Positions 1 through 10,167 of a stretch of 64,000 bases of DNA are shown piece by piece (positions within the stretch are counted from its first letter, which is position 1; each line of letters starts with the position of its first letter). Source of the DNA: a virus. The DNA lies in the IMG/VR virus record IMGVR_UViG_3300029349_000001, positions 97,087 to 161,086 of that record. One strand, given 5' to 3'. The notes beneath the pieces were generated by a model. The model was not told the origin of the DNA. It worked only from the letters and a program-made list of their open reading frames with translations, and did not search any database. Made by a program: the position numbers and the translations under genes.

Positions 1-544
1 ATCCTCTTTCTAGAAAATATTCAGAAGGTACAGATATCTTGGATAAGAGATAGTCTTTAGAAATCTTAAGTTTATCTTTATCTGAAGATTCTGTAATATA
101 TCTAACAGTATTTACAAAATCATTCTTGTCTTTAACTTTGGCGTCTATGACCGATAGACTATTGATATCTATCTTATTCCCTAGGAACTGCTGTATAAAC
201 TGGATAGCTTCATTAAAAGAGCAAGTCTTGTCTCCGTTGTTTTGCCAATTATATTTTCTATGAGATAAACATCCTCTAACAAAACCTATAATAGAAGACT
301 TAAATACGTCTTGACAGTTGTGTGTACGACATTTCCAATTCCCCCTATAGGAATCTCCAATATGATACACATTACACGCACCGCCATTATCTCCGCCGTG
401 TATGGGACAAGACATGGTGGCCATTTTATCATATAGCTTATAATCTATATGTAATACGTCCAACAGTTCTTCTATCCTGTCACAAACAGCATCACTAATA
501 GCCTTAAGATGCTGCTGATTATACGAAGGGGATTTCGGTTTCAT
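1..544 (-). CDS. dnaG: DNA primase, N-terminal zinc-binding part (runs off window)
   Basis: Manual translation from ATG at 544: MKPKSPSYNQQHLKAISDAVCDRIEELLD...MSCPIHGGDN...WKCRTHNC (CHC2-like Zn finger); directly downstream of DnaB. Confidence 0.8.
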   Translation of the reverse strand, partial: MKPKSPSYNQQHLKAISDAVCDRIEELLDVLHIDYKLYDKMATMSCPIHGGDNGGACNVYHIGDSYRGNWKCRTHNCQDVFKSSIIGFVRGCLSHRKYNWQNNGDKTCSFNEAIQFIQQFLGNKIDINSLSVIDAKVKDKNDFVNTVRYITESSDKDKLKISKDYLLSKISVPSEYFLERG

Positions 545-1991
545 GAGAGCCGTCTGATTCGTCATCTACTACAAATCCTTCTTTCTTGGTAGAAACATTG
601 TTCATAATCTCTAGTCTGGTTTTGCCCTCTACTATCTTGGCACACCAGCCTTTCATATAGCAGTTGATATAGTCATTGTCATCTAGTCCCCCGCCGTGTC
701 TGCTAATTAGTGGTACTAGTTTTCTGTTCCCGTTAGCCGCACCATCTTCTGCTATTTCCTCATCGGACTTACGCTTAAAAATAGTAAAATTACTACATAG
801 CCAAATAATTCTATCTGAACCGCTAGCAGAGTCGGTACTTTCTTTGGTTATGCCGTCTCGATTTAACTGTATAAATGCCACAATTGGAACTTTATATCTA
901 ACCGCAAAGTTGTGTAAACTAGTCATCATAAAGCCTAGAACCTGATACTCTTTGAGATCCTGACTAATACCAGCACTATCCATAAGCTTTAAATAATCAT
1001 AGAATATAACACATTCTTTAGCCGTTCCGTCTTCATTTAGTCCTACGTCCTTAACTAACCATCTTCTCATAATGGCCAACTGATCTTCAAACGGCTTGCC
1101 TGCGATACTCTTATGATAAATCTTCATGCTCTTTAGTTTTTCAACCGCTGTCATGATTTTATTCTTTTTATCTGCTGATTCGGCAAATTTTCCTGTTTCA
1201 ATAGAGTTCATATCTACTTCGCTCATCATAGCTAGAAGTCTATGGATATGATCTTCTCTATTCATTTCGGTATCCATATTTAAAATAGGTATACCTAGAG
1301 CAGCTATGTTTTTACCCATATTATCAGACATTAGGGTTTTACCAACCTTTGGTCTGGCACCGATAACATTAATGGTCCCCCTTCTTAGGCCACCACCAAT
1401 AGCTTGATCATATATGGGAAACCCTGTAGGAATACCAACTTGGTCTACCTTGTTTTCTTCCAGAAGTTTAATATAGTCATCAATAGATGAAGAAATCTGT
1501 TCGGGTCCGCTCTCTGCATCATTCAGCAATGAGCTAAAATTAAAAATACTATCTTCGGCTATACCAACAATAGATGATATAGATTCATTGCCTGTAACTT
1601 CTAATATTTTATTTTGCGTAGTTTCTAACTGCTTACGCAAAAGTCGGGCTATTTCTAATTTGCGTATCTTTGCTGCAAATTTTCTAACATTGTCTACATT
1701 TACTGGAAAATCTATAATAGCCTTAAGATGCTGCGCTTCTTCTTTCTTGTTTAGAATATGACTGATATCTAATTCTTGAGCAGCAGAATAGATTGATGCA
1801 ACGTCCAGCGATTGTTTGTTATCTTTTTCGCAGATATGCTTTATACATTTATATAAGATAGCATTACTATCAACAGTAAAAGACGACTCTTGGATAATAT
1901 CTACAACATCCAAAAACGCATCTTCACCATATCTACATATACCAGCTAAAACTGCCCTTTCGGCAGAAGGATCACATAAAATATTTGGCAT
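519..1991 (-). CDS. dnaB: Replicative DNA helicase DnaB-like
   Basis: N-terminal AERAVLAG, Walker A GARPKVGKT, DYLKLM, QLNR motifs. Confidence 0.95.
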   Translation of the reverse strand: MPNILCDPSAERAVLAGICRYGEDAFLDVVDIIQESSFTVDSNAILYKCIKHICEKDNKQSLDVASIYSAAQELDISHILNKKEEAQHLKAIIDFPVNVDNVRKFAAKIRKLEIARLLRKQLETTQNKILEVTGNESISSIVGIAEDSIFNFSSLLNDAESGPEQISSSIDDYIKLLEENKVDQVGIPTGFPIYDQAIGGGLRRGTINVIGARPKVGKTLMSDNMGKNIAALGIPILNMDTEMNREDHIHRLLAMMSEVDMNSIETGKFAESADKKNKIMTAVEKLKSMKIYHKSIAGKPFEDQLAIMRRWLVKDVGLNEDGTAKECVIFYDYLKLMDSAGISQDLKEYQVLGFMMTSLHNFAVRYKVPIVAFIQLNRDGITKESTDSASGSDRIIWLCSNFTIFKRKSDEEIAEDGAANGNRKLVPLISRHGGGLDDNDYINCYMKGWCAKIVEGKTRLEIMNNVSTKKEGFVVDDESDGSHETEIPFV

Positions 1992-1993
1992 TC

Positions 1994-2386
1994 TTACCCC
2001 TGAGTAGATGAGCAGTTATTGCATTTGTATCGTGACGGATCGTAGACGAGTCCAGGATTAACCTGTTCAGACCTACCGCAGACTCTACATTTTACTGTGA
2101 TCGGGTCAAAATGTCTAGTCCTCGGTATTGGCGGATTCTTAGACAGTTTCTTATCTATCGCAGCATCGTCCTTAAACATATACATTTCTTGCATAGCCAA
2201 AAACTTATTGGTACTTTGTGGCTGTTCTGGCTCTTTTTTCTTTTTGGTTTTTTTAGCTTTTGTGGTCTTTTTAGGCTTTTCTGTAACACTATCGTCGCCG
2301 CTCTCGTCTTTGGGCAAAAGCGCTTGAAGTACAGATATGATGTCTTTGATTTTTTGTGGGTCGTTTAATAGTTCTTTAGGATCCAT
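1994..2386 (-). CDS. Hypothetical protein with C-terminal zinc ribbon
   Basis: CRVC...CNNC; tight operon spacing. Confidence 0.7.
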   Translation of the reverse strand: MDPKELLNDPQKIKDIISVLQALLPKDESGDDSVTEKPKKTTKAKKTKKKKEPEQPQSTNKFLAMQEMYMFKDDAAIDKKLSKNPPIPRTRHFDPITVKCRVCGRSEQVNPGLVYDPSRYKCNNCSSTQG

Positions 2387-2861
2387 GTTTCACCTTTGTT
2401 TTATGAACAGACACTAATATATCCGATAGATTTTTTATTCCATTAGCTATATATGATAATCTATCCATGCGCTGTTTTGCATATTTCTTTATAGAGTTTA
2501 GATTACTTGCTCTTTCATTATGCTTAATAGCTTGCATTGATTTTTCTATATAGCCATATCCTTTATAGTTATTAATTTCATCAGCTATTACTTCTTTGAT
2601 TGTTTCTTCTGCCCAGTTATGTCTAGCAGTTTCTCTATTGGATGTTCTTTGTACATGCAAAGAGAATTGTGCTAATCTTAGAGAAATTTGAATACAGTCT
2701 TCTGGTGATAGTTTTTCTATCTGTGATCTATCCATATTTAGATAACCATTCAATTCATCAGAAGATAACGACCCATTATATTTGGGAAGTCCGATAGACT
2801 GTTCATATTCGTCTAGAATCGAATCCCACTTTTCTAATTCTTCTTTGGCTGTTTTATGCAT
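2376..2861 (-). CDS. Helical protein, possibly a UvsY-like recombination mediator
   Basis: Coiled-coil character; lies in recA-dnaB cluster; start taken at MHKTAKEE; function is a guess. Confidence 0.45.
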   Translation of the reverse strand: MHKTAKEELEKWDSILDEYEQSIGLPKYNGSLSSDELNGYLNMDRSQIEKLSPEDCIQISLRLAQFSLHVQRTSNRETARHNWAEETIKEVIADEINNYKGYGYIEKSMQAIKHNERASNLNSIKKYAKQRMDRLSYIANGIKNLSDILVSVHKTKVKHGS

Positions 2862-3258
2862 TGCTAATAAGTTCCTTCCACTCGTTTGTTGTATCAAAAG
2901 GTAGTGCTATATAAGATATTCCATTATTGACACACCAATTTTGCTTATCTTCGTCTCTTTTTTTGCTCTTAACGAAACCCATTACATTCTGATGATAAAA
3001 TTGTACAAACTTATAATGCTGTTCGCCATGAACCTCAATACATTTTTTAATCAGTGGTAGATAAAAATCTAGGTATAAAGTTTCGCTACGTCTAACAGGA
3101 ATTGGAACTTCTTCTAATACCTGTAGAGTTGGATATATTTCATGTATTAAGGATCTAGCTAGTAAATGTAAATCTGACTTATTTTGTAGTCTGCTATTAG
3201 AGATACAACCAGTAATAGACCAAGAAACTTTATTATTGTCTAGGTCTTTAATAATCAT
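2854..3258 (-). CDS. Vsr/DUF559-like endonuclease
   Basis: YLDFYLP...IEVHGEQHY...RDEDK motif. Confidence 0.75.
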   Translation of the reverse strand: MIIKDLDNNKVSWSITGCISNSRLQNKSDLHLLARSLIHEIYPTLQVLEEVPIPVRRSETLYLDFYLPLIKKCIEVHGEQHYKFVQFYHQNVMGFVKSKKRDEDKQNWCVNNGISYIALPFDTTNEWKELISNA

Positions 3259-4274
3259 GTTTTAATGCCCATAGTATCTTTAACAGATTTGACCAAATTA
3301 TCATACGCAGCAGAATTCTCTAATAGATACGCTCTTACTTTTTCTACTCCCTGGAATTTAGGGCTATCTTTTTCGGACGTTAGTGTATACCAAGCACCAC
3401 CCTTATTGATAATACCTATATCTGATGCTATATTGATAATTTCTGTATATTTATCTATGCCTTGGCCATATCTAATATAACTGGTAGTTGTAGCGCCCGG
3501 AGGCCCCAATGCAGAACACACCACTTGCCACTCTACTTCCTGTCCTATTTGCGTACCATCTGCTCCAGTTGTCCACGGTTTAAAAGTTTTGGCTCGGAGC
3601 TTGATGTCAGTTTGATAGGCGATTGCCTGACCACTCTTTTCCTTAAACTCTGCACCATAACCAGTTGGATTGCCCATTAAGTGAGTAATACCAATAACAA
3701 TATTCTTATTAACCGGAATAACGTTGGCAACTTTACGACAAAACTTAGCTAATAACTTAGCCCCGTCTGCTCTTTGCATCTTATCCATATCACTTGTAAT
3801 TTCTGCTTCTGTACATAGTGCAGAATATGAGTCTATGATTAGTACGCATCCCGGTTCTTGATTAATAATTTTTTCAGCTATCTGTAGATATTCTTCTGCG
3901 TGTAATATTTTACCTTGTTGACTACCTATTACATGAAATCTATCTAGGTCTAATCCCTTGATACCTTCTAGGTCACGCTTTTTAATTCTACCTTCAATAT
4001 TTAGGTAATACACTTCTCTAGGTGCCTTAAGATTACCTTTATATTCTGGTCTTTGTGCTGTTGCCGCAAAGTCTAATGATGTAACAGTTTTACCACACTT
4101 GGGTTGTCCAGTTAATACCACAAAACTTCCCTCTGGCACACCACCGCTCAAGATCATATCAAGAGATGGACTTACCGGTATAACCACCACTTTTCTATCA
4201 ACGATAGAATTACCGGACAAAATTATGTCGTCGCCAAAATCTTTCTTTACTTCTGTTTTTATACTACTACTCAT
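3255..4274 (-). CDS. recA: RecA/UvsX-like recombinase
   Basis: SLDMILSGGVPEG, GQPKCGKT, LIIDSYSAL, C-terminal KGGAWY...FQG. Confidence 0.93.
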   Translation of the reverse strand: MSSSIKTEVKKDFGDDIILSGNSIVDRKVVVIPVSPSLDMILSGGVPEGSFVVLTGQPKCGKTVTSLDFAATAQRPEYKGNLKAPREVYYLNIEGRIKKRDLEGIKGLDLDRFHVIGSQQGKILHAEEYLQIAEKIINQEPGCVLIIDSYSALCTEAEITSDMDKMQRADGAKLLAKFCRKVANVIPVNKNIVIGITHLMGNPTGYGAEFKEKSGQAIAYQTDIKLRAKTFKPWTTGADGTQIGQEVEWQVVCSALGPPGATTTSYIRYGQGIDKYTEIINIASDIGIINKGGAWYTLTSEKDSPKFQGVEKVRAYLLENSAAYDNLVKSVKDTMGIKT

Positions 4275-4689
4275 TATCTAATTCCTTGAGCTTTGAGATG
4301 ATGCCTTTTTTATTTGGTATTGTAGTTTTATATTTTACATTATCAGATCGATTTAATTGTATAGATAATGTCTTGTTTTCTGCATCTACAATCTTTTGAT
4401 ATCTGTCTATGATAGGTAGAAGGTGCGGCGCTCGCAAGGAATATATTTTGGCTGCGTCCTTATCTTTTAATGCCAACACAATAGCTTTCGATGAATATTT
4501 TTTAAGTAGTTTATGTGCTGATGATATTTGATTTCTAAAATATACAGCCCACTCATCAGATACCCAGAACCTAAAATGTAAATCTTTTTTATTCCTTATG
4601 GCCTGATGTTCACAGATAATTTCAGTTATATATTGAGCCGCAGATACTTCCTTGTCATTGGAGTACTTTGATATATAGGTATCAGCCAT
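4267..4689 (-). CDS. Hypothetical phage protein
   Basis: ORF overlapping the recA start. Confidence 0.7.
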   Translation of the reverse strand: MADTYISKYSNDKEVSAAQYITEIICEHQAIRNKKDLHFRFWVSDEWAVYFRNQISSAHKLLKKYSSKAIVLALKDKDAAKIYSLRAPHLLPIIDRYQKIVDAENKTLSIQLNRSDNVKYKTTIPNKKGIISKLKELDNE

Positions 4690-4703
4690 AATTAATTGAG
4701 TAG

Positions 4704-5006
4704 TCAGCCTCTGGGTCTAAAGATATTGGTATTGTTATTTTGCTTATTAGTTTTCTTGGCTACTTCATCAGACAAAAAGGATGCTTCTTTAGTCATTATT
4801 GCAACACCCTTATTTCTTTTGCCTGCTGTTTCAGAAATCATCAGCTTACTAATTCTACTAGCCTTTTCTTCTGTGGTTTCTGCCAAAGCCGCACTGACAG
4901 ACTCTTCTGATATATTAAGTTCTTTGGCTATGTCGGCCACTGGAACATTTTTGTGATTAAGCCACTGTATAGCATAAGATGTGGTGTTTGATATTTTTTT
5001 TGACAT
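4704..5006 (-). CDS. HTH-containing protein
   Basis: VADIAKELNISEESV helix-turn-helix. Confidence 0.65.
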   Translation of the reverse strand: MSKKISNTTSYAIQWLNHKNVPVADIAKELNISEESVSAALAETTEEKASRISKLMISETAGKRNKGVAIMTKEASFLSDEVAKKTNKQNNNTNIFRPRG

Positions 5007-5395
5007 TAAACCATCTCCCGATTGATGTTATTATAGATAGACATATTTTGTGTTTGTAAAAATGTTAAATACATTTCAAATAAATTATGGCTAGTTTCTT
5101 TAAATTTGACTTGAGGTTCGTTGGACTTATTCACAAGATTCTTTTTAGAATTAACATTGCCATATATGTTATATGGATTATACAACATATTATTCTCATC
5201 TATTCTTACAAAGAATTTCCATCTATTCTGAAGATGTAGCTTCTTTGCATATACATACTCAGAATCGTTATCTAGTGTGCTATTACCAGCACTATCTAGA
5301 CGTGACGAGTTTTTCTTAATAGTATAGAAAATGTTCTTTTCAGTTTTGGCTTTACTATTTATGGCAAAAATTGCGTTAGATAGGTCTTCATGCAT
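5006..5395 (-). CDS. Hypothetical protein, paralog of 6115..6522
   Basis: Shared YAKK..FFVR..(N/D)P(Y/F)..FxxYxTFLxTxN..RE pattern. Confidence 0.7.
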   Translation of the reverse strand: MHEDLSNAIFAINSKAKTEKNIFYTIKKNSSRLDSAGNSTLDNDSEYVYAKKLHLQNRWKFFVRIDENNMLYNPYNIYGNVNSKKNLVNKSNEPQVKFKETSHNLFEMYLTFLQTQNMSIYNNINREMV

Positions 5396-5783
5396 TGGGG
5401 TTGTCCTTTGTGTCTTGAGTCTTATCGTCTGTTTTATTGATTGTATCTATAATAGCTTCTTTTATAAAAGCAAAAAATGAATCTACATAATCACCGTATA
5501 GTACTCCTGTTGGCACAGGAATGTGATAGTTTTGTTCGAACATACCTTTTGACCCAACATACTCACCCTTCTCATTCTGCTCTAACACATTAGCATTAAC
5601 TTTGATTAATATTTCGTGAGGGGCTGTTGTAAGCTTGGATTGATCCTCAAAAATTTCTCCATATTGAGAAGAGGCCATTTTCAGTACATCCTTAATGTCG
5701 TCAGGATGTAGATTTTTCATATTCTCAACAAGCTGTATATATTCTTCGCTTAGTTCTTCGTTTGGTTCTGTCATTTTGGCCAC
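5388..5783 (-). CDS. Hypothetical acidic protein
   Basis: ORF with overlapping start/stop codons. Confidence 0.65.
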   Translation of the reverse strand: MAKMTEPNEELSEEYIQLVENMKNLHPDDIKDVLKMASSQYGEIFEDQSKLTTAPHEILIKVNANVLEQNEKGEYVGSKGMFEQNYHIPVPTGVLYGDYVDSFFAFIKEAIIDTINKTDDKTQDTKDNPNA

Positions 5784-6115
5784 TGTATTTTTGGTTGTTT
5801 TTTAAGTCTACTCATACCCTTGGGTAGTTGCTTTGCTAAGTCTTGGTCTTTATAAGCGTTGTGCTTGTGATGTAGATGGTCTTTTTCGTCTTGACTTAGC
5901 CTGTCTCTATTTCTATTAGCTAAGTCTCCCAACTTAAGTTCTCCGTCAGACTTAATCACAGAACCAGATATGTTAGTTAGGTCATCAGCATAGGAACGAT
6001 GTGTGTGTTTGTTTCCACAAGATACACAAACCTGAGTATCAGAGTATTGGGCAAAGGTTAGAAACAGTTCAAATTTATGACTACATTTGTCGCAAATAAA
6101 CGTATAACTCGGCAT
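5771..6115 (-). CDS. FmdB-family zinc ribbon protein
   Basis: MPSYTFICDKCSHKFE...CVSCG. Confidence 0.85.
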   Translation of the reverse strand: MPSYTFICDKCSHKFELFLTFAQYSDTQVCVSCGNKHTHRSYADDLTNISGSVIKSDGELKLGDLANRNRDRLSQDEKDHLHHKHNAYKDQDLAKQLPKGMSRLKKQPKIQWPK

Positions 6116-6522
6116 CAGCCAACCTCTCGCTGTGTTTTAGTAAAGAGTTTTCTATTATTGGTTTTTAGAAATGTCACATACTGATTGAATATGGTTTCCG
6201 GTACTTGCATAAAAACATCTGTGGTTTTACATACTTTATTGACTGCACTATATGGCTGCTTATCCTTAACAGATGAATGAAGTTCAAAAGGGTCATGAAG
6301 CTTTTTATTTGGGGCGCTTCTAACAAAAAATGCAAAATTATCTGGATCGGACATATTACGAGCTAGCTTATTCTTTATTTTTTTTGCATAGGTCTGATCT
6401 GTTTCTTTTAAGGTTTGAAAGTTATCTTCTTCGTCCTTAAATTCGGCATGATCCGAGGTAGTAAAATAATAAGCATCAGCAGATTTATGCTTTATGCTAA
6501 AGTCATTAATGTCTATTTTCAT
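6115..6522 (-). CDS. Hypothetical protein, paralog of 5006..5395
   Basis: See paralog. Confidence 0.7.
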   Translation of the reverse strand: MKIDINDFSIKHKSADAYYFTTSDHAEFKDEEDNFQTLKETDQTYAKKIKNKLARNMSDPDNFAFFVRSAPNKKLHDPFELHSSVKDKQPYSAVNKVCKTTDVFMQVPETIFNQYVTFLKTNNRKLFTKTQREVG

Positions 6523-7111
6523 TTCTAAGGTGTCCTATAAATGGCTCCCATTCCACATAGGAAGCGTGAGATATACCTATAGTAATCAAGTCCTTGTGCC
6601 AAGGCAAGTACAAAGTAGAATACTTGGGCTGTACTGGCTCTTTTAATAACGCCATATTAGCTTCTTCTGGCGTCTTATTGGCCTTCTTTGCGTTGCATTT
6701 AACGCAAGCTGTTACTATATTTGTCCAGTTTGTAGATAGTTTCTTATTTCCTATGTGTCTAGATTTAGGTACCACATGATCGTATGTTAATTGATTTTGT
6801 GCATATTGCACTCCACAATATTGACAAGTGAAATTATCTCTAATAAATAAATTTTTTCTAGAGAAATTAATATTTCTTTTATATACATCAAAATAATGAC
6901 TTGTTTTTGCTACGGCGGGAATTGGATACTGTTGCCCACCAGAGCATTTAATAAAGTCATCTTTATAATGTGCTAAAATTTCAATAGAGTACTCAGTATC
7001 TGTCTCATACTTTAAAGACCATACAATAGCCCTCTGCCATGAGATGATACGAAGCGGTGAAAAATCAGCATTTAATAATAAACATCTACGATGATTCGTT
7101 TTGTCTTTCAT
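6506..7111 (-). CDS. HNH endonuclease (McrA-like)
   Basis: LLLNAD..PL; RDNFTCQYCG..TYDHVVP..NIVTACVKCNAKK. Confidence 0.92.
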   Translation of the reverse strand: MKDKTNHRRCLLLNADFSPLRIISWQRAIVWSLKYETDTEYSIEILAHYKDDFIKCSGGQQYPIPAVAKTSHYFDVYKRNINFSRKNLFIRDNFTCQYCGVQYAQNQLTYDHVVPKSRHIGNKKLSTNWTNIVTACVKCNAKKANKTPEEANMALLKEPVQPKYSTLYLPWHKDLITIGISHASYVEWEPFIGHLRNENRH

Positions 7112-7823
7112 AAGATTCTAGTCTAGAAATAATTGCTGCTATAATCGGATTTCTGACTATATCAACAGATTCTAGAACAGAAAATCCTATGTTGTCAATG
7201 CCATCTAGATATTGTATCATACTGAGGAAGCCCCCACGTAAATGTCTAGATAGATCCGATTGTCCTATATCGCCAGTCAATACCATTTTACTTTCTCTGC
7301 CAAGTCTGGTCAATAACATTTTAAGTTGATCATACGAAGCATTCTGACATTCATCCGCTACAATAAAACTATCATGAAAATTTCGACCTCTCATTAGTCC
7401 AAGTGGTACTACTTCAATTCTATTATTGAGTTTTAAACTAGCATATAAAGCAGGAGAAATAAAATGATTAATTTCATCAAGAATAGGTAGAAGATAAGGA
7501 TGTAGTTTTTCTTCTGCTGTTCCTGGCAAATATCCAATTTTTTCACCCGCTTCCAATACCGGTCTCGTTATAATAATTTTCTTGACTTTTTCTTCAAGAA
7601 GATATTCTAAAGCCATACCTATAGCAATATGTGTTTTACCACTACCAGCTAAACCCTGACAAAATGTAATACCATTTTCAGCAATAGTTCTAATATAGTT
7701 TTTTTGGTTTTCTGTTCTAGGTTTTAGCCTATTTCTAAAACCACTATATGGAGTAGCTGCTTCAAGATTATTGGTAACGTCTATAACGGATCTATTTTTC
7801 TTTTTTGATTGTTTTTTTCTCAA
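7086..7823 (-). CDS. phoH: PhoH family ATPase
   Basis: GLAGSGKT, TRP, GYLPG, MRGRNF, DECQN, GDIGQSDL. Confidence 0.96.
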   Translation of the reverse strand: MRKKQSKKKNRSVIDVTNNLEAATPYSGFRNRLKPRTENQKNYIRTIAENGITFCQGLAGSGKTHIAIGMALEYLLEEKVKKIIITRPVLEAGEKIGYLPGTAEEKLHPYLLPILDEINHFISPALYASLKLNNRIEVVPLGLMRGRNFHDSFIVADECQNASYDQLKMLLTRLGRESKMVLTGDIGQSDLSRHLRGGFLSMIQYLDGIDNIGFSVLESVDIVRNPIIAAIISRLESYERQNESS

Positions 7824-7852
7824 TTGTGGACCCTTTACTAGTAGAGTTTAAA

Positions 7853-10048
7853 TTAGATCAGACAAGCGCCGCCCGCACAACTAATTTCCTCTATACCAGT
7901 CGTATTGTCCTCTGTTTCCGATAGTTGCGTATAATCAACCTTCTTAAAACTATTGAATAAATCACAATAAATTTTCCAATTATATACATCTTTCATACAA
8001 TATGTAAGTCTTTTAACGTCACCATCAAAATACTTACCAGCAAAATTTTTCATCTTGGTTACAAACAATAGCTTATCTTGGCTATCGTTTTCTTTGGCTT
8101 GATTCAAAGATACATAGTCACATGCCGCCCATAGATTATTATTAAAGGCATTTAATCCTAATTCAATTAATCCAGAACACCATAAGGCAGCATCGCCATA
8201 TTCTTTTACAATTTCTCTGCTTGTATAAACAGTTGTAAATGGAGCCTGTGGATAGTCTTTGTCTCCACTTTGAGGAATAAGACTAATACCAGCAAAATAT
8301 TTTCTATTATCATAGATATACTTTGTAACTTCATCCCATTCATCTGGTTTTACAGTAACGGTGTTGCTCACATTATGACTAAGATAGTCTTGTGTGCATA
8401 ATGATCTATTCTTACCAGAGTTGACCCAATTCTTCTGTGTTTCTTTTACCACAGCAAGCATCTCTACGGCTGGTAATTGGTTCTTTAATTTAGCTCCATC
8501 TGGTACTTCGATTGGAAACTTAATAACTTCGTCAGTATTGTTGGCAGACCACGAGGATAACTCACAAGCCTGCGGATTTAACTTTTTGAAGTGTTGGTAT
8601 GGTGCCTCTAAAATATTGGCTTGTACATGGCGAATATAGCGTTTGGCGTGGTGAGGATGGATACCAGAACTTGTACCAAGCATACTACTACTAGTACCTT
8701 CTGGCTTTAGGCATGTAACTCTAGCAGCTTGATTAATATTGATCTTTTTAGCTAGTTGCTTATTAGTATCAACAGCGATTTTGGCTCCCTTAGTTAAGAC
8801 CTTTTCTGTTAATACAAGATCATGTTTTTCCATGGTTCCCGTAAGAGACACTCCTAATAGGGCTTCTCTATCAAAAATCTTTTCACTAATATCTCCGAGA
8901 TATGCAAGCTTAGTAAAACCAGCTTGTAAAGTACCAATAATAGATGCAGCCTTGCATCTTTCATAAAAATCATCTTCATCTGTAACGCTAGAGCAATTAA
9001 TGGTTGATAGATTACATCCTTGCCATCCGCTCTTACCGCTTTCTTCGTCAACTGGCCACATACCAATTTCCACACATGGATTAAAAATCATTTCTGTGGA
9101 TTCGCTCCAGATAAATCCTGGTTCTCCAAACTCCTTGACGCTTTCCATAAGAACTTTAAATTCTTCGAATGTAGTTTCATTCTTGAGAAGAAGCGCCGAG
9201 TTATTACTTCTGGCTCTTTGTGGATTCTCAATATACCAGTTGCCAGTTTTAGCCTTCGCCATTTCTTCATCATCTGGACTAAAAAGTGCTAGACTAGCCG
9301 AACGACGAACGCCACCACTTAATACAGCATCACTGCTATGCATAACAATATCATATGCATCGATTGGGCGTAGTCTTTTTTGTCCATTGGCTACGCAACG
9401 ATCTAATAAGGCTCGAATTTTTTCTAAACCCTTTTGCAGTGGCTCGAAGCCTGGGGCCTTTCCGACACCACTAGCAAGAGAGGAACCCTTGGCTCTAATA
9501 TTGGAATAATCAAAAATTACATATGTATTTTTATACGCTTTGAATTCTTCCATCGGCTTGCTAAAATAAGAACTTAATAGTACACCCAAAGCATTAGCCC
9601 ATCCTTCAATGCTATCTTCTATAACATACTTGGATGCTTGGTCGTTATTCTCTACGTTATGTTCTAGGGTTGGCAACTTAGCAACATGGTGCTTTTGTAC
9701 ACTGAATCCAGTGCCGCTACCACACAATAGTAACCAGAAACACTCTTGGAAAAATCGTAATCTATCACAATAAGAACTTGTGCAGTTGTAGATCTTGGCG
9801 TGTCTCTTTAGAATTGGATCTCCGCCGAATTGTAATGCTCTCTGAGAACCTAATACCTTTTTCTTGTACATCATATCGTATGCCCACTCGATCTCTTCGG
9901 AGATTCCCTTATCGGCATACATGGTATGCATCATGTTTTTTACTCTTTCTACCGCTTCTTTCCAAGTCTCTCTACGATTTTTATCTTCTAACCAACGAGC
10001 ATACTTACTAACGAAAGTATAATTTTGCAATTCTTGTAGAGCCGACAT
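7853..10048 (-). CDS. nrdJ: Class II (B12-dependent) ribonucleotide reductase
   Basis: YNCT, GGVRRSA, NPCVEI, CNLS, KPEGT, C-terminal CAGGAC. Confidence 0.93.
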   Translation of the reverse strand: MSALQELQNYTFVSKYARWLEDKNRRETWKEAVERVKNMMHTMYADKGISEEIEWAYDMMYKKKVLGSQRALQFGGDPILKRHAKIYNCTSSYCDRLRFFQECFWLLLCGSGTGFSVQKHHVAKLPTLEHNVENNDQASKYVIEDSIEGWANALGVLLSSYFSKPMEEFKAYKNTYVIFDYSNIRAKGSSLASGVGKAPGFEPLQKGLEKIRALLDRCVANGQKRLRPIDAYDIVMHSSDAVLSGGVRRSASLALFSPDDEEMAKAKTGNWYIENPQRARSNNSALLLKNETTFEEFKVLMESVKEFGEPGFIWSESTEMIFNPCVEIGMWPVDEESGKSGWQGCNLSTINCSSVTDEDDFYERCKAASIIGTLQAGFTKLAYLGDISEKIFDREALLGVSLTGTMEKHDLVLTEKVLTKGAKIAVDTNKQLAKKININQAARVTCLKPEGTSSSMLGTSSGIHPHHAKRYIRHVQANILEAPYQHFKKLNPQACELSSWSANNTDEVIKFPIEVPDGAKLKNQLPAVEMLAVVKETQKNWVNSGKNRSLCTQDYLSHNVSNTVTVKPDEWDEVTKYIYDNRKYFAGISLIPQSGDKDYPQAPFTTVYTSREIVKEYGDAALWCSGLIELGLNAFNNNLWAACDYVSLNQAKENDSQDKLLFVTKMKNFAGKYFDGDVKRLTYCMKDVYNWKIYCDLFNSFKKVDYTQLSETEDNTTGIEEISCAGGACLI

Positions 10049-10167
10049 ATTTTCTCCTTGTACTTAATTAATTGATCTTGAAAGAATGGTGACTAATATT
10101 AGAGAGAGATTCGATCATTTTTGTGATGTCACCGACAATAAGAGTAATAAAACGTCATCATTGTATA

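Noticed and set aside
7853-10048. Intein or intron in nrdJ (also checked dnaB, recA, ligase)
   Set aside because: Lengths and motif spacing are normal; no intein termini
10060-10165. Canonical cobalamin riboswitch or NrdR box
   Set aside because: No B12-box or NrdR palindrome consensus recognisable
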